Origin: a virus
Lineage: Duplodnaviria > Caudoviricetes
Virus record (IMG/VR): IMGVR_UViG_3300017766_001405
Coordinates: 1-34,573 of that record
Length of the DNA: 34,573 nt
Strand: one strand, 5' to 3'
The notes under the pieces are model-generated. The model was not told the DNA's origin, searched no databases, and saw only the letters and a list, made by a program, of their open reading frames with translations. Position 1 is the stretch's first letter. Every line of letters begins with the position of its first letter. Shown here in pieces: positions 25,317-33,316 of this stretch. The position numbers and the translations under genes are program-made.

Positions 25317-25954
25317 AAAGCATTACATGCGCATTATTGGCAGCTGTAGTGTTGGGCAGCCCAACATCTGCACAAACGCCAGCAACCACACCACCCGTCC
25401 CAGTTACAGACGCCGCAACCGTCCGCATCACAGTGCCAGACGGCCTTGGTTCCGGCGTTTCACTCGGTAATGGCTTTATCATCACAGCCGCTCATGTGGT
25501 AGGCGATGTCAAGTCAGTCAAGGTGAAATCACGCGCTGGAACAGAGGTTGATGGCGCAGTGCTGTGGGTCAGCAAGGCGTATGACATCGCCCTGGTTAGG
25601 GCAGAACAGAGCTGGCAAGGCGCAAAGCTTGATTGCGGCGTTGCTCATGTTGGAGACCAGATTTCAGCAGTTGGCAATCCTCTTGGATTGGACTTCATAA
25701 CGGCATACGGTCGTATTGCGGGCGATGCGCGTGAACAAGGGCCGTGGAAGTTGGTTTATGTCACAGACATGACGACTGTCATGGGCCAGAGTGGCGGCCC
25801 TGTGTTTTCAGCAAAAGGTGAGCTTATTGGAATCACTGTTGGCGTGATCAGCGCCCCAATGAAATTTAAGGAAGATTATATTCATTCTATTGTCGGCTTC
25901 GGCTTTATCGTGCCGTCGTCTGTAGTTTGCGAACTGATGGGCGGGAGGGTTTGA
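25313..25954 (+). CDS. Secreted trypsin-like (S1) serine protease without PDZ
   Basis: Signal peptide; TAAHVV (His), YDIALV (Asp), GQSGGP (Ser), VGNPLG. Confidence 0.9.
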   Translation: MKSITCALLAAVVLGSPTSAQTPATTPPVPVTDAATVRITVPDGLGSGVSLGNGFIITAAHVVGDVKSVKVKSRAGTEVDGAVLWVSKAYDIALVRAEQSWQGAKLDCGVAHVGDQISAVGNPLGLDFITAYGRIAGDAREQGPWKLVYVTDMTTVMGQSGGPVFSAKGELIGITVGVISAPMKFKEDYIHSIVGFGFIVPSSVVCELMGGRV

Positions 25955-26124
25955 TGGACACGAAGGAAGCGAAAAAGATAGCTAAGTCTTGGGGCTGGAA
26001 ACTCGACGAGCTTCTTGAAGCACTGGAGAACGGCGGAACGTCACTAGACCCGGTGAAGAATATAAGCGCAACGCAAACAGCGCATGAAATCATCACCACG
26101 GCACTCAAGAGGGCAACACCATGA
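25954..26124 (+). CDS. Small hypothetical protein
   Basis: 56 aa from MDTKEA; RBS ggaggg; coupled on both sides. Confidence 0.6.
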   Translation: MDTKEAKKIAKSWGWKLDELLEALENGGTSLDPVKNISATQTAHEIITTALKRATP

Positions 26125-26579
26125 CCCATTCCTCCCCAGTCTATCATCTTGATGGCGACAAGCCCAAAGCAGCCCGCCTTATCGTGCTCAACACATGCTG
26201 GCTTGCGTTCGTAGCATGGGCGGCAGCTATGGGCCATGTGCAGTTTGTGTTCACCCATGATGTGTCGCGGATCAGCTACGGCATTGCCGCAGTGCTTGCC
26301 ATTGGCTTGCTGGCTGTTGCGTTAGGACGCACGGCTCACCTTGCGAGGTTGGAGGTCTGGCTTGTGACGCTTGGCCTGATCGGCAACGTCGTCGGTTTTA
26401 TTCTTGCCCTGCAAAACATCGACACCGGCTCACTGTCGTCACCTGACGGCGTGCAGCGCGTTGCTGCGTCATTGCTTGCCGGGATGGGCGTTGCGTTCTG
26501 CTCGACGCTTGTGGGCGCTATCGGCGCGCTGTGGGTGTCTACGGTGGCTTGGGTTGTTGGTGAGAAGGTGGCTGTGTGA
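26121..26579 (+). CDS. MotA/TolQ/ExbB-like proton-channel membrane protein (minimal)
   Basis: Four hydrophobic segments; LGLIGNVVGFILAL...GMGVAFCSTLVG matches the TM-hairpin signature GLxGTVxG...GxxxAxxTTxxG. Confidence 0.8.
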   Translation: MTHSSPVYHLDGDKPKAARLIVLNTCWLAFVAWAAAMGHVQFVFTHDVSRISYGIAAVLAIGLLAVALGRTAHLARLEVWLVTLGLIGNVVGFILALQNIDTGSLSSPDGVQRVAASLLAGMGVAFCSTLVGAIGALWVSTVAWVVGEKVAV

Positions 26580-27040
26580 TGGTGGAAATTGTTGACAAGC
26601 TACGGTCCCGTCTCGTTTTTCACGCGGACCAAGTGGAGCAGCTTGCTTTCGAATTGGCCTTTGAGTTGGAGGAGGCGAAGCTGGGCCGGAACGACCTAGT
26701 GTCCGTCAACCGCGATAAGTTGCGGGCTGTCGCGATACGCGTTCTTTCTCGCACATGCGCCAATCTTGAAGCGTTGAAATCTGAAAACGAAGATTTTCGA
26801 GCAGGCATCAAGCGCTTGTCGGATGAGGAAGAGTTTTGCGCAGAGACGACCGGCGACAACCCATTCTCAATGGTTCACCTCGCCGCCAAGCTTGCCGCCT
26901 CGGAACAACGCATCAAGGAACTTACAACCGAGCGGCACGTCCTATGCAGCATTGCATTCATCGGCCCTGATGATGTGGCCGAGGCGGCGTTAGAGGCTAT
27001 CCGGGCAGTTCTATCCGCAGCGCCGGAGCCATCCCTATGA
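26576..27040 (+). CDS. Hypothetical coiled-coil phage protein
   Basis: Coupled ORF; C-terminal RAVLSAAPEP is typical of phage accessory proteins. Confidence 0.65.
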   Translation: MMVEIVDKLRSRLVFHADQVEQLAFELAFELEEAKLGRNDLVSVNRDKLRAVAIRVLSRTCANLEALKSENEDFRAGIKRLSDEEEFCAETTGDNPFSMVHLAAKLAASEQRIKELTTERHVLCSIAFIGPDDVAEAALEAIRAVLSAAPEPSL

Positions 27041-27573
27041 CCGCCATCCTCACCCGCGACTTGCTCATGAATTTCTTGATGGGCCTAACTGCCCTTGTGA
27101 TTCTAACGCTGGCGGCAATCAACCCCGCCAGCACAGAAACGCCAATGTCTCAACCGGGCAACCTTGTCGTCTCCGCGGCATGGCCCACCGGGCCAGACGA
27201 CGTTGATTTGTGGCTTTCCGCACCGGGAGACCGCGGCATTGGCTACAGCAATAAATCCGGCAAGGTCTGGAGCCTGCTGCGTGACGATCTAGGCATCGCC
27301 AATGACACGACCCCATTGAACTACGAGTCCGCATTCTCGCGCGGACTACCAGACGGGCAATATGTTGTTAATGTGCGCTGCTATTCGTGCCTATCCGCCG
27401 TGCCTGTTTCTGTTGAAGTTCGCTTGGCAACGGGAGTGTTGGTTTGGAAAGGCACCGTCAATCTATCTGGCTACAAGGATGAAAAGACGGCGATTGCTTG
27501 GGCCATGCGGTCGGGTGCTGTTGTGACAGGCAGCGAGAGTTTTGTTTTTCGGAAAATTAGAGGAGGTGAGTGA
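27037..27573 (+). CDS. ExbD/TolR/MotB-like single-pass protein with a YfaP/DUF2135-like periplasmic domain
   Basis: N-terminal TM begins RDLLMNFL (Asp); then DDVDLW..PG, LLRDDLG, NYE, GQYVVNV. Confidence 0.7.
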   Translation: MTAILTRDLLMNFLMGLTALVILTLAAINPASTETPMSQPGNLVVSAAWPTGPDDVDLWLSAPGDRGIGYSNKSGKVWSLLRDDLGIANDTTPLNYESAFSRGLPDGQYVVNVRCYSCLSAVPVSVEVRLATGVLVWKGTVNLSGYKDEKTAIAWAMRSGAVVTGSESFVFRKIRGGE

Positions 27574-27720
27574 ATGGAATTTACATTAGCGCTAGCAGCA
27601 TTTTGTGGGTTGATGTCGGTTAAGGCTGCGATTGGGAAAGACACATGGAATTGCGTTATTCAGGCATTCCTTTGCTCTTTTAATTTATGGGTGGCGCTCT
27701 CACGGTTGTTTGCATCATGA
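27574..27720 (+). CDS. Small hydrophobic protein, 48 aa (below ORF-track cutoff)
   Basis: Strong RBS gaggagg; MEFTLALAAFCGLMSV...LWVALSRLFAS; ATGA overlap with the next gene. Confidence 0.6.
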   Translation: MEFTLALAAFCGLMSVKAAIGKDTWNCVIQAFLCSFNLWVALSRLFAS

Positions 27721-28139
27721 CCCAAGCCCTAACCCTATGGCTAGCCTTCGTCCTAGCAGCCGGAACAATCGCCTTCTTCGGCACCAAGCGGCAGGCAATT
27801 GCATTTGCAATTGTCGCGATCCTCACAGCGCCAGCCACACTCTTGCCGCTTGGCCAGCCGTCACCACTCAGTCCACCAAAGGACGGCACGGTGCTCGGCT
27901 CAAAGATCGACATCGGGCGCGCTATCTATGTGCTGCTGGACGGGCCTACGCCGCGCTATTATGTCCTGCCGTATTCAGAGCAGACGGCCAAGGCGTTGCA
28001 AGATGCGCAGTCAGCAGCGGAAGGCTCTGGTGGTTCCGTCGTCATGCGAGCTGGTGAGGATGGCTCACCTGGCTTTGCAGAAGATGCGCCGCCGCCAGAG
28101 CCGGTCAAAGGCGCGGAACGCGCTGTTGTAGGAGGGTGA
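27717..28139 (+). CDS. Membrane protein, candidate third component of the MotA-like module
   Basis: Two N-terminal TMs, GQPS, IYVLL...PRYYVLPYS, Pro-rich C-terminus. Confidence 0.7.
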   Translation: MTQALTLWLAFVLAAGTIAFFGTKRQAIAFAIVAILTAPATLLPLGQPSPLSPPKDGTVLGSKIDIGRAIYVLLDGPTPRYYVLPYSEQTAKALQDAQSAAEGSGGSVVMRAGEDGSPGFAEDAPPPEPVKGAERAVVGG

Positions 28140-28140
28140 G

Positions 28141-28269
28141 ATGGACTATAGCGAAAAAATCGTAGAAGAGCTATATGTGCTCAGTGCCGAATTTATTGTT
28201 CTAGCTATTGTGCTCGGCGCAATTTGCTATATTGTGAAAAAGCGGCTTGGGCCGCTAGATGAGGAGTGA
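28141..28269 (+). CDS. Small single-TM protein, 42 aa (below ORF-track cutoff)
   Basis: RBS ggaggg; MDYSEKIVEELYVLSAEFIVLAIVLGAICYIVKKR... Confidence 0.6.
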   Translation: MDYSEKIVEELYVLSAEFIVLAIVLGAICYIVKKRLGPLDEE

Positions 28270-28273
28270 AGTT

Positions 28274-28483
28274 ATGAATGTGAAAGCTTTTCCGTCGGCA
28301 GCAAACGATCAGACAAAAGGGGTGGACCTGCGCGATTGGTTCGCAGGTCAGGCGATAGCCGCATTTATCGCTGGGAGCTTCAATATGCATGACCGTGGCG
28401 AAGACTTGTTAGACGAATCAATTGCGCTTGAATGCTACCAAATCGCCGACGCCATGCTCGCAGCCAGAAAAAAGGAATCCTAA
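28274..28483 (+). CDS. Conserved phage hypothetical protein (LRDxFAxQA family)
   Basis: DLRDWFAGQA...YQIADAMLAAR; RBS gaggag. Confidence 0.8.
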   Translation: MNVKAFPSAANDQTKGVDLRDWFAGQAIAAFIAGSFNMHDRGEDLLDESIALECYQIADAMLAARKKES

Positions 28484-29742
28484 TGAAACAACCAATATCA
28501 GACGAAATTGCCAGACAGGCAGCGGAAGCATACGCCACCCACGGCACACAAACGGCAGCCGCTATTGCTTTAGGCTGGCCTCGCAAGACGCTTTGCAATC
28601 GACTCAAGGTGGCTGCGGAACGCGGCATGTGCGGCACGAAGCCAGTATTGCCGGGGTTCCGTATCAGCCAGGTGACGAATACACCGAAAGGCGACTTTAT
28701 CCAGCAGAAGCCAGAGCGTGGTCCAGAATGGGAAACGCCAGATGGCCATAGCATCAAAGGCATTTCGGCGCTTGTTGATGCGGATGGGAGGACGATTCAG
28801 CAATGGGTGAAAACCACGCAGGCTGCGCAAGACCAAATGGCGGCTTTCCGCGCAATGGTTGAGGCTATGAAAGAAGACTTGCCGCGCGTCACGATGACGT
28901 TTCCGCCCGCAAGCTTTGAGTCCGACCTTTTGAATCAGTTCGTTGTGACAGATTCGCATTTTGGTATGTTAGCCCACCGCGAAGAGACAGGCGCTGATTA
29001 CGATCTGAAGCTTGCCGAACAACTGTTGCTGGATTGGTTCGCCGCTGCTGTAGCGTGCGCACCACAGGCACACACAGCCGTTCTGGCTCAGCTCGGCGAC
29101 CTGCTACACCATGACAGCCTTGAAAGCGTCACGCCAGCCCACAGGCACGTCCTTGACGCTGATAGCCGCCTGCATAAAGTTGTGCGGGTTGTTATCCGCA
29201 CTCTTCGTCGCATCGTTGATATGCTGCTGCAAAAGCACAAGCACGTTCACGTCGTCATGGCGTCTGGCAACCACGACCCGGCGTCTTCCGTGTGGGTGCG
29301 CGAACTGCTGGCAACGATCTATGAAAACGAACCGCGTGTGACGGTTGACACAAGCCCTATGCTGTACTATTCATATGCGTGGGGTTCGACTGCGCTGTTT
29401 TATCACCACGGACACAAGCGCGGGATTAACAACGTTGACGCTACCCTTGCTGGTATCTTCCGCGAGTTGTTTGGTATGTCAAGACACGCCTATGCCCACA
29501 TCGGCCATTTCCACAGTGATGAGGGGCGCAAGTCTGCCCTGATGTATGTTGAGCGCCACGAAACCCTTGCCGCGCCTGACGCCTATGCCGCTGGCGGCGG
29601 CTATCTATCGGGACGGTCCGCCAAGGTCATCACATACAGCAAAAGGTTTGGTGAAGTCGGCAGGAGCACGTTGCGGCCTGAAATGGTGTCTGGGCGGTAT
29701 GCAGCTGCGAATGACAACACCAAAAAGGAGGACGCGGCTTGA
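28483..29742 (+). CDS. HTH plus calcineurin-like metallophosphoesterase
   Basis: N-terminal HTH (QTAAAIALGWPRKTL); DSH, GD..H.D, GNHD, HHGH and GHFH metal motifs. Confidence 0.85.
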   Translation: MKQPISDEIARQAAEAYATHGTQTAAAIALGWPRKTLCNRLKVAAERGMCGTKPVLPGFRISQVTNTPKGDFIQQKPERGPEWETPDGHSIKGISALVDADGRTIQQWVKTTQAAQDQMAAFRAMVEAMKEDLPRVTMTFPPASFESDLLNQFVVTDSHFGMLAHREETGADYDLKLAEQLLLDWFAAAVACAPQAHTAVLAQLGDLLHHDSLESVTPAHRHVLDADSRLHKVVRVVIRTLRRIVDMLLQKHKHVHVVMASGNHDPASSVWVRELLATIYENEPRVTVDTSPMLYYSYAWGSTALFYHHGHKRGINNVDATLAGIFRELFGMSRHAYAHIGHFHSDEGRKSALMYVERHETLAAPDAYAAGGGYLSGRSAKVITYSKRFGEVGRSTLRPEMVSGRYAAANDNTKKEDAA

Positions 29743-29933
29743 ACATCAGTATTGAAGTCAGCGGCACATTTGAGCCAAACGAGCCAGCATTCACCGAATT
29801 CATTGATCATTTCTTTGCCATCCAGAAGCAATCATTTGACGAGGACGGCGGGATGCATACGGCGGGAGTGCAGATGATGCTAGCCTACGATGAGGGGCAA
29901 TTCACTGTCGAAGAACTAATGATGCCCGCCTAA
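29739..29933 (+). CDS. Small acidic hypothetical protein
   Basis: TTG start overlapping the upstream stop; RBS ggagg. Confidence 0.6.
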   Translation: MNISIEVSGTFEPNEPAFTEFIDHFFAIQKQSFDEDGGMHTAGVQMMLAYDEGQFTVEELMMPA

Positions 29934-30010
29934 CTATACCACTTCCACCAACAAAGTATAACACCCCTGCCGTCACCAGCGGCAGTCACCACCAAGAGGA
30001 GAAATAACGA

Positions 30011-30349
30011 ATGGATACAACAATCAGAGAACTGCAGCTTGCCCACGTTGCTCGCCAAGATGAATGGTGCGCGAACCAAAAACCAGACCTTTCTTTTCGT
30101 GGCAACGAAATGGCGGGTGAGGTCGGAGAGGCGTGCAACGTCATCAAGAAGCTGGAGCGTGAGCGTCAAGGGTGGCGGGGGTCGCGGGACACGGTTGACC
30201 ATTTGGGAGATGAGCTTGCTGATGTTGTCCACGCTGCCATCCTTTGCGCTATTACGGCTGGAATCGATCTTGCACCATACGTCATAAGCAAATTCAACGA
30301 TACCAGCACGAAGAATGGACTTGCTACCAAGATCGGCAGTGCGGCATGA
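30011..30349 (+). CDS. MazG-like nucleotide pyrophosphohydrolase
   Basis: GEVGEACN (ExxE) and DELADV (ExxD), plus SKFN. Confidence 0.88.
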   Translation: MDTTIRELQLAHVARQDEWCANQKPDLSFRGNEMAGEVGEACNVIKKLERERQGWRGSRDTVDHLGDELADVVHAAILCAITAGIDLAPYVISKFNDTSTKNGLATKIGSAA

Positions 30350-30525
30350 CAAAAAATTACGCAATCGCAGATTTGCACGGCAGGCATGGCTTGCTGACAA
30401 AGGCTATCGAGCGAATCGAGATGGGAAGCCCAACGGGTGGCACCATCGTTTTTACTGGCGATTACGTTGACCGTGGGCCATCAATCCAAGAGCTTTTGAA
30501 GGAGTCCGCCAATGTCGCAGCATAG
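30346..30525 (+). pseudogene. Truncated Ser/Thr phosphatase-type metallophosphoesterase (NinI/PphA-like)
   Basis: IADLHG and GDYVDRG are present; the ORF ends after 59 aa without GNHE or later motifs. Confidence 0.8.
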
Positions 30526-31480
30526 TATTGAAGATACCTTCATGATTCCAGGCATGGGCGCGCAACCAGTGCCGCCACAGAAATATGTGGCTGCGAATGA
30601 TAATGTTGTGCAGCCAAATGAAAAGCTGCGCCGCATGTTGAGTGGTCAGCTAACTGACGCGGAGAAGGAAGAGATTGATGAGGCGCTATCGGGGGCAAGC
30701 GGCTGGCTCGCCCGTGGCGTATTTATGGAACATTCCTGTCCAGATGAACTAATTTCCGTAGCAAGCGGTGGATATGCAAAGCCATCGGATTGCCGGCCTA
30801 TTCTGAGTAGTGAATATATTTATGAACAGCGCCAGCCGAAAGTTGGCGAAGTATGTGCCAGCAACGGCGAGCTTTGCATTTTCGATGGAATTGACTTTGC
30901 GCCAATTGCAGCCACCCCACCCACTGAAACAAACCGTGGCCCATACGTCGCTACAGCATCTGGCCGCAAGTTCTATCCGCTAGACCCGCGACCAGATGAA
31001 ACACACATCGAAGACATTGCGCATGGCTTGTCTATGTTGTGCCGCTATAACGGGGCTGTGAAGCGCTTCTACAGCGTTGCGGAGCATAGCGTGATGATTG
31101 CGCGCAGCTTGAGGCAATACGGCCCTGTCATACAGCTGTGTGGCCTTCTGCATGACTCCCCGGAAGCACTGTCTGGCTTCGGTGACATTTGCGCGCCGAT
31201 GAAGGGAGAAATCCCAGCTATCTCCGATATTGAGAAGGATATCTATGTGCGGGCCGTGTCGGTACGCTTTGGGTTGCCGCCATTTATTCCACCGGAGGTG
31301 CACGAAGCTGACATGCGAATTCGCAGCAATGAAGTTCAAAACATGGCACCCATGGAATGGCACGCCGCATACAACAACCCGCTTGGCGTGACGCTTCAAT
31401 ACTGGACGCCGGATCAGGCGGAAGACGAGTTCTTGGCTGAGTATGTTCGGTTGGAACGGTTGGTTAGAGGAGTTGTGTGA
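30512..31480 (+). CDS. HD-domain phosphohydrolase (YfbR-like 5'-deoxynucleotidase) with N-terminal extension
   Basis: IEDIAHGLS..CRYNG, YSVAEHS, LLHD..EA...D, EAD. Confidence 0.88.
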   Translation: MSQHSIEDTFMIPGMGAQPVPPQKYVAANDNVVQPNEKLRRMLSGQLTDAEKEEIDEALSGASGWLARGVFMEHSCPDELISVASGGYAKPSDCRPILSSEYIYEQRQPKVGEVCASNGELCIFDGIDFAPIAATPPTETNRGPYVATASGRKFYPLDPRPDETHIEDIAHGLSMLCRYNGAVKRFYSVAEHSVMIARSLRQYGPVIQLCGLLHDSPEALSGFGDICAPMKGEIPAISDIEKDIYVRAVSVRFGLPPFIPPEVHEADMRIRSNEVQNMAPMEWHAAYNNPLGVTLQYWTPDQAEDEFLAEYVRLERLVRGVV

Positions 31481-31728
31481 TGACACTAACTGAAAACCCA
31501 CAATGGAACATCTGGCGAATAAAGAGTAAATATGCGCGCGCCTTATTCACTGTTTTTATCGTCACACCACTACTTCTTGTTGTCACTACCATAACCGCCT
31601 TCCTCGCTTTGATTGTCGGCGCTGCGCACGGAGCGAAATATGCATGGTACATATTCAGTGAGGTTGTTTTAGTGGACAACACATGGATTGGATATTGGCG
31701 CGCCATAACGCTTAGGGGGAAACCGTGA
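31480..31728 (+). CDS. Membrane protein
   Basis: Long hydrophobic segment; RBS gaggag; coupled. Confidence 0.65.
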   Translation: MTLTENPQWNIWRIKSKYARALFTVFIVTPLLLVVTTITAFLALIVGAAHGAKYAWYIFSEVVLVDNTWIGYWRAITLRGKP

Positions 31729-32039
31729 ACCACTTCCACGTAGGCCAAGAAGTCGCCTGCATTGATGACACCACCTTTCCAGAGCAATGGCTCGGCATCC
31801 AGAAAGACAAGATCTACAAAATCCGCTGGATTGGCATGTACAAGAGCTATCTCGCTGGAGAGTACCTTGGCGTGCTGCTGGATGGCGTAACGCGCCCATG
31901 CCCACAGTTTGGCGACAAAGATGTGCCGTTCCGCGCAAGCCGGTTTAGGCCATTGGTGAAAGATCCGATTGCGGTGTTTCGTGGGTTGCTTGCTAGTGGG
32001 CCGGATTTGGCGAAGATTAAGAAGAAGGAGGCAGTATGA
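31725..32039 (+). CDS. Hypothetical phage protein (SH3-like fold suspected)
   Basis: FHVGQEVACID...YKIRWIG...FRASRFRPL; coupled. Confidence 0.7.
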   Translation: MNHFHVGQEVACIDDTTFPEQWLGIQKDKIYKIRWIGMYKSYLAGEYLGVLLDGVTRPCPQFGDKDVPFRASRFRPLVKDPIAVFRGLLASGPDLAKIKKKEAV

Positions 32040-32296
32040 GCACGATGATTGAACGGGTGGTAAAGGCTATCCTTAAGGCTCAATTCTATGATTGTGAGCC
32101 TAATATGTACGAAAGCCTAGATGAGTTTTATCGCACGATAGATGATGAGCACATAGAAGCAGCAAGTTACATGGCGCGGGCCACCATTGAGGCGATGAAG
32201 ACCGCCATGGAAAACGACATTGATTGGGATGGGGATGCAGTTCGCACCTACGTTGCTGGAATCGACGCAGCACTAAACGAGGAGACAAGAAAATGA
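32036..32296 (+). CDS. Hypothetical phage protein
   Basis: MIERVVKAI...ARATIEAM...IDAAL; RBS ggagg. Confidence 0.7.
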   Translation: MSTMIERVVKAILKAQFYDCEPNMYESLDEFYRTIDDEHIEAASYMARATIEAMKTAMENDIDWDGDAVRTYVAGIDAALNEETRK

Positions 32297-32487
32297 AGAT
32301 TGTTGTTGATTACATCGGCGCTGGCATTGCTAGCGACAATAGGCACGCACAAGACATAATGAAATCTCTTGGAATAAGCTATTCTTCGTATCGGACTCAA
32401 TCAGTCGCTGATTGTTGGATTTTTGAAGGGTGCTCCAATATTCCAAAGGAGTTGCCAAGCTATGTCCGCGTCATTCAAAAGCCATGA
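32293..32487 (+). CDS. Hypothetical phage protein
   Basis: Start MKIVVD with RBS gaggag; QSVADCWIF. Confidence 0.65.
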   Translation: MKIVVDYIGAGIASDNRHAQDIMKSLGISYSSYRTQSVADCWIFEGCSNIPKELPSYVRVIQKP

Positions 32488-32747
32488 CGGAAAGGATTGC
32501 GGCAGCCGCCATACAATACGGCGCAACAATTAGCCTTCCTCCGCCGGCAAGGCATCACACAATAATCCAGACAATGGATCTTGAAATGGGTGTTGGTGGC
32601 GCAAGCGCGACACCAGATAGGCAGGGGTTCATCACAGACAAAGGCCGCTTCGTGAACCGTGTCGAGGCGTTTTATATCGCGAGTCAATCCGGTCAAATCG
32701 TCAATCAGGCACAAGGGCCGCAACTTTATTCGGAGGATCTATGGTGA
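32484..32747 (+). CDS. Conserved phage hypothetical protein
   Basis: PPPARHH...QGFITDKGRFVNRVEA...LYSEDLW. Confidence 0.75.
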   Translation: MTERIAAAAIQYGATISLPPPARHHTIIQTMDLEMGVGGASATPDRQGFITDKGRFVNRVEAFYIASQSGQIVNQAQGPQLYSEDLW

Positions 32748-33316
32748 TGACACTACAAGACAAAATCGCAGCAACAGCCGACAAATGCAAAACAGTTGCG
32801 GAATGCGCGCTGCAAGAATTCAGCGACAACTTCACGCTTGCCGCCGTATCGCAAGACGATGGCTGCCTAGCTGCAATCCCATCGAACCCGTCATACATCC
32901 CACCAGAACTTGAACCACTTGCCGCAGCTATCGGCAAGGCCCCGGCCAACGACAACACGGACAGCTTCTTCGACCGCGCCATGCGTGCGCCTTGTGGTGC
33001 TCCGCTGCCAAACGCACGCCGCGACATTAAGATGCATATCGTCAATGAGGCGGCAAGAGTTGTTACCGGAGCGCGCAGGAAGGACTACGGCACCCCAGAA
33101 GACAACTTTGAGCGAATTGCCAAATTCTGGCAGGCGTATTTTGAAAACACCGGGCGCGGATCTGTAGCAATTACCGCGCAAGACGTTTCGCCAATGATGC
33201 GCCTTATGAAAGAGGCGAGGCTGTGTGAATCGCCGAATCACCTTGACAGCTTTGTTGATATTGTCGGATACACGATGACTGGAGCAGAGGTGAATGGCGT
33301 TGAGGTGGCGGGGTGA
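32741..33316 (+). CDS. DUF6378-like (alpha-helical NTP pyrophosphatase-related) protein
   Basis: GARRKDYGTPEDNFERIAKFW...MKEAR...HLDSFVDIVGY. Confidence 0.75.
   Translation: MVMTLQDKIAATADKCKTVAECALQEFSDNFTLAAVSQDDGCLAAIPSNPSYIPPELEPLAAAIGKAPANDNTDSFFDRAMRAPCGAPLPNARRDIKMHIVNEAARVVTGARRKDYGTPEDNFERIAKFWQAYFENTGRGSVAITAQDVSPMMRLMKEARLCESPNHLDSFVDIVGYTMTGAEVNGVEVAG

Noticed and set aside
26121-28139. Canonical Zorya or TonB-ExbBD system
   Set aside because: There is no long ZorA tail, no OmpA-like domain, no ZorC/D/E and no TonB/TolA, so it is reported as a distinct module.
7900-30525. Several proteins ending in -AA (KVEAA, GSAA, NVAA) as independent degrons
   Set aside because: These can be explained by overlapping RBS/start sequences of the next gene; only the case with a preceding AANDN was kept.
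30011-31480. 2-aminoadenine (Z-genome) pathway suggested by MazG plus HD hydrolase
   Set aside because: No PurZ (adenylosuccinate synthetase-like) gene is in the window, and both families are common in ordinary phages.
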